Of a DNA stretch of 64,000 nucleotides, positions 62,170 to 64,000 are shown piece by piece. How positions within the stretch are numbered: position 1 is the first letter of the stretch; each line of letters starts with the position of its first letter. The stretch comes from Ranitomeya imitator. Its lineage: Eukaryota. Both the position numbers and the translations under genes were made by a program. Below the pieces are notes generated by a model. The model had not been told where the DNA came from, ran no database searches, and saw nothing but the letters and a program-made list of their open reading frames with translations. Location of the stretch: NCBI RefSeq assembly GCF_032444005.1, contig NC_091289.1:171554001-171618000 (forward strand), in the 5' to 3' direction.

Positions 62170-63320
62170 GTGGTGGCACCTTTAAATTCTCCCAAGCAAT
62201 TATTGCACTTACACATGTTTTGTTATACACATGTTTATTTCCTTTGTGTATTAGAACAACACAAAAAAATCAGAAAAAAGGAAAATTGGACATAATTTCA
62301 CACACAACCCCCAAAATGGGCCGGACAAAATTGTTGGTACCCTCAATTTAATATTTTGTTGCACCCTTTGGAATAAATAACTGCAATCAATCGCTTCTTA
62401 TAACCATCAGCAAGCTTCTCAACTGGTATTTTTGACCACTCTTCTTTTGCAAACTGCTCCCGGTCTCTTATATGTGAAGGTGTTTTCTCCCAACAGCAAT
62501 TTTAAGATCTCTCCACGGGTGTTTAATGGGATTTTAGATCCGGACTCATTGCTGCCACTTCAGACATCCCCAGCGCTTTGTTTCCATCCATTTCTGGGGG
62601 TTTCTTAAAGTATTTGTGTGTTCATTATCCAGCTGGAAGACCCATGACCTAAGACGCAAACCCAGCCTTCTCACACTGGGCACTACATTGCAACCCAAAA
62701 TCCTTTGGTAGTCTTCAAATTCCATGGTGCCTTGTACACAGTCAAGGCACCCAGTGCCAGAAGCAGCAAAACAGCCCCAAAACATCGTTCAACCTCCACC
62801 ATATTTGGTTGTAGGTACTATGTTCTTGTATGCTTCGTTCCGTTTTTGGTAAACAATGATGTGCTTCACCAAAAAGCTCTATCTTGGTCTCATCTGTCCA
62901 CAAGACACTTCCCCTGAAGGATTTTGGCTTTCTGACATACATTTTGGTAAACTGCAGTCTATCTTTTCTTTTTATGACTCTGTATCAGCAGTGGAGTCCT
63001 CCTGGGTCTCCTGCCATTGCGTTTCAACTTCTCCCCTTTTTATCTGGTTTCAGGTTACTTGCCACGGGTGAATTTGAATGCGCATCTCATACTTGAAACA
63101 AAGTTGTTTACCCACAATTTTGAAAAGGTGGCAACTATTTTGTTGAGCCTATTTTTTGGACTTCTGTGTGAAATTATGTCCCATTTGCCTTTTTTTCCTC
63201 TAGCTTTTTTTGTGTTGTTCCAATACACACACTAAAAATAAAAATGTTTATAACAAAACGTGTAATTGCAATAATTTTCTGGGAGAAATACAGGGGTGTC
63301 AACACTTTTGGCCATGACTG
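62170..63320 (-). mobile_element. Internally deleted Tc1 transposon
   Basis: TA-cagtcatggccaaaagtgttgacacc terminus at 63320; long TIRs; transposase fragments (LWTDETKIELFG, MFWGCFAASG). Confidence 0.85.
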
Positions 63321-64000
63321 TAATAGTTTTATGGACATGTGTTGACCCTTAAAATCCATTTACAGTAGATTGATTAGTCTAAAATCATCACAGGCAATGT
63401 CCCTCTTCCCATGTTCTCTGGAAATCTGGTGAGGCATTCTACCAGGTGACAGCACCAACAAAAGCTCTCAGGTTTACAGACGGGATGGAAATTTATGTGA
63501 TGGGACAGGCAGAACAGTCAGGAATCAGAGCCACACTACAGTACAGATTACGCTGCTCAAAGTTTCTTTACGGGCTCCCTCAGCTGTCCGTTCCTTGCGT
63601 ACGAGTGCAATGCAAGTTCTATTGGTCCATGAAAAAAAAAATCAGGCAACATTCAGATGCCATCCGAGTGCAGTCCTATTTTCACATAATGTTGGAAAAA
63701 AGGTGGAGAACCTTTTTTTTATTTTCATGTATGAGAAAAACTGATGAAACTCGGTCGTAACTTTGACCAAAATCACTCATGAAACTTAGTTGTCCTCGTA
63801 TGTGAAAAAAACTTGCATATGAATGGAGAAGAATGGGAAGAATGGAGATAAGGTTCCTCAAAAAGTGTAGATAATTTTTTTTAGTAAAAAGGTTATGAAT
63901 TACTTATATAATATATATATGAGGGCACCTTGCTGTTGGCTTTTGGAAAATTTTGCGTCTATAAATATAAAGGATGAAGACCGCCGGCATAGTGCCATTG

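Noticed and set aside
60232-64000. Further TTC22 exons
   Set aside because: I found no segment resembling the preceding TTC22 exon; the region is mostly LTR, Tc1 and MITE DNA.

Overview
This is vertebrate genomic DNA, most likely an anuran amphibian (inferred from the repeat families). I reconstructed five genes by hand from splice sites and protein similarity. ACOT11 (+): last 4 exons, 1045-3735. FAM151A (-): complete, 8 exons, 579 aa, 24484-6511. TTC4 (-): complete, 10 coding exons, 385 aa, 43588-35774, with one GC-AG intron. PARS2 (+): single coding exon, 462 aa, 52059-53447. TTC22 (-): last exon only, 60229-59693. Introns and intergenic DNA are full of Tc1, piggyBac-like, hAT, Harbinger, Helitron, CR1, Penelope, V-SINE, DIRS-like and LTR remnants, plus long minisatellites that explain all the long repetitive ORFs. 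The most unusual region is 31.1-32.9 kb. There a Helitron sits in a CR1 with a normal 5' junction, but its 3' end is replaced by about 1.2 kb of scrambled DNA. This DNA holds two near-identical copies of TTC4 exon 9 (one direct, one inverted), 27-bp arrays, GC-rich filler and an inverted piece of the CR1, and may record Helitron-associated exon capture. Also notable are hammerhead-ribozyme motifs in FAM151A introns, a head-to-head TTC4/PARS2 promoter with ETS sites, and no recognisable MROH7. All calls were made by eye without database searches.
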